Positions 34,550-35,895 of a stretch of 35,895 nucleotides of DNA are shown in pieces. Position numbers and translations under genes: made by a program. Numbering within the stretch: position 1 is the stretch's first letter; each line of letters opens with the position of its first letter. The DNA comes from an uncultured Clostridia bacterium (GTDB taxonomy: Bacteria; Bacillota; Clostridia; Christensenellales; UBA1750), in assembly GCA_944381265.1 (NCBI GenBank), contig CALWKN010000188.1, positions 1 through 35,895 of the forward strand, given 5' to 3'. The notes under the pieces are model-generated. The model did not search any database. It had not been told where the DNA came from and was given only the letters and a program-made list of their open reading frames with translations.

Positions 34550-35895
34550 TTAGAACGCGTCGTGAAAGCCGGTGCAGACAAAGAGCGCGAGCCCGGCGGC
34601 GAGGAAGGCGGCCGTCCACAGCGGCGGCGCCTCCCGCTCCCCCGGCTCCGCCGCCGCCAGCAGCGCCAGCGCCGTGATCCCCGGGTAGAAGAAGCTGACG
34701 TCGATGCAGTTGTGCGCGGTGAAGGCGACAAGACCGGGCAGCGCCGCGCCGCCCCGGCGCAGGCCCCGCCCGACGGAAGCGAGCAGGAAGAGCAGCGCCG
34801 GGACGCCCAGTTCCACGCCGACGTGCAGGAAGGCGTTGTGTATGTGCCAGGTGTTGAAGTAGTAGCCGCCGTCCGCCAGGTTCAGGGCGCGCCACCGGTA
34901 GGGCCCGACGCCGAGCAGCGGGTCCTTCCACAAGTACAGAAGGCCGTTTTGCATCATCTGCAGGCGCTCCAGGAAGGTCGAGGGCGCGTTGCCGCGCAGC
35001 AGCACCGCCGTCAGCGCCAGGGCCAGACCGCCGCAGGCCGCCGCGATGCACAGCGCGCGCCTTTTTGCCAGGAAGCGCTCCAGCTCCGGCCACAGATGCG
35101 CCAGCGCCAACAGATAGGGCAGCGCCGCATAGGCCATCTGCGGAACGTCCGCCAGCACGGCCGAGAAGTAGAGCAGGAAGCCCGGGCCCATGCCCAGCAC
35201 GCCCTTGGCCGCCAGCAGGAGGGCCGCTTCCGCCGCCGCGCGCCAGCCGCGCCGACGCGCCAGCTGCAGGAGCTCCGCCGCGACGCCCACGAGCAGCGCC
35301 AGGAAGCTGCCCATGGACAGCGTCAGCGCCAGCGCCGTCAACAGCAGAGGCTCGATCCGCCGCAGCAGCGAGGGCAGCGGCCCGCTCTCTTCCGCGGCGG
35401 GGGCGCAGGCGCGCAGCAGGAACCAGGACAGCACCAGGAAGGCGCCCAGCGCGTTCGGGTTGCCCAGTAGCGTCTCCAGCCGCGCTATCTGGCCCGTCTG
35501 CGCCGCGACGGCGAACTCCAGCGCGCCCAGCGCCGCCACAAAGCCCGCCCACAGCGCAAGGCAGCGCCGCAACAGCAGCCTCTCTTCTGCCTTGAGATGG
35601 GCGGCGGCGACGTAGAGCAGCGGGAAGATCATCTGCGTGTTGAAGAAGCCGTGGAAGACGTCGCCGTAGGTGCGCAGCGAGGACAGCGCGCTGCACAGCG
35701 CGTACCCCAGCAAAGGCGCCAGCGCCCAGGGGTCCCATCGCGCCCCGCTTCGCCCAAACAGCACCGCGCAGAGCACGCAGCCGGCCAGCCCGACGACGCG
35801 CCGGCTCCCGATCCCGGAGACCGTTAACGCAACCACCGCCAGGACCAGCAGCGCCGTCAGCTCGTTTTCCGCCAGGGCCGCCCGGGCGCGCTCCA
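34550..35895 (-). CDS. Wzy_C / O-antigen-ligase-like polytopic membrane protein (5' end outside window)
   Basis: About 10 or more hydrophobic helices and the Wzy_C-type motif WHIHNAFLHVGVELGVPAL. The reading frame stays open to the window edge. Confidence 0.8.
   Translation of the reverse strand, partial: ERARAALAENELTALLVLAVVALTVSGIGSRRVVGLAGCVLCAVLFGRSGARWDPWALAPLLGYALCSALSSLRTYGDVFHGFFNTQMIFPLLYVAAAHLKAEERLLLRRCLALWAGFVAALGALEFAVAAQTGQIARLETLLGNPNALGAFLVLSWFLLRACAPAAEESGPLPSLLRRIEPLLLTALALTLSMGSFLALLVGVAAELLQLARRRGWRAAAEAALLLAAKGVLGMGPGFLLYFSAVLADVPQMAYAALPYLLALAHLWPELERFLAKRRALCIAAACGGLALALTAVLLRGNAPSTFLERLQMMQNGLLYLWKDPLLGVGPYRWRALNLADGGYYFNTWHIHNAFLHVGVELGVPALLFLLASVGRGLRRGGAALPGLVAFTAHNCIDVSFFYPGITALALLAAAEPGEREAPPLWTAAFLAAGLALFVCTGFHDAF

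Overview
This is a high-GC, almost entirely minus-strand-coded chromosomal segment. Synteny suggests an endospore-forming Clostridia-type Firmicute (Oscillospiraceae/Ruminococcaceae-like); this is an inference.

Gene order by coordinate (nearly all genes are on the minus strand):
- Partial hypothetical gene (+).
- On the minus strand, a T-box leader, a small membrane ORF, valS, folC and a UgtP-like glycosyltransferase form one apparent operon.
- A long RelA/SpoT-fold protein lies just upstream of that operon.
- Eukaryote-type NADP isocitrate dehydrogenase (+).
- maf, mreB, mreC, mreD and PBP2, preceded by a DUF4321 gene and a VanW/G5 protein.
- PHP phosphoesterase.
- tilS-hpt-ftsH.
- MarR.
- nrdR, phoP-phoR, then a pstS-less pstC-pstA-pstB-phoU set.
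- spoIIGA-sigE-sigG-ylmC/ymxH.
- Upstream of spoIIGA, an envelope module: a Wzy_C/O-antigen-ligase-like protein (5' end outside the window), an Amidase_2, an LPQTG acidic Tyr-repeat protein and a sortase.

I saw no rRNA, tRNA, CRISPR array, transposase or integrase. The long plus-strand ORFs in the track are GC-driven antisense shadows.

Most interesting items:
1. A 457-aa RelA/SpoT-fold enzyme with an unrecognised C-terminal domain of about 230 aa and a diverged acceptor motif. It ends 28 nt before the valS promoter.
2. The Wzy_C-amidase-LPQTG-sortase module sits where ftsA/ftsZ is normally found.
3. The Pst module lacks pstS, and its PstB has degenerate Q-loop and signature motifs.
4. Two families of multi-hairpin GC-rich intergenic elements, one of which includes a perfect 26-bp-arm palindrome.
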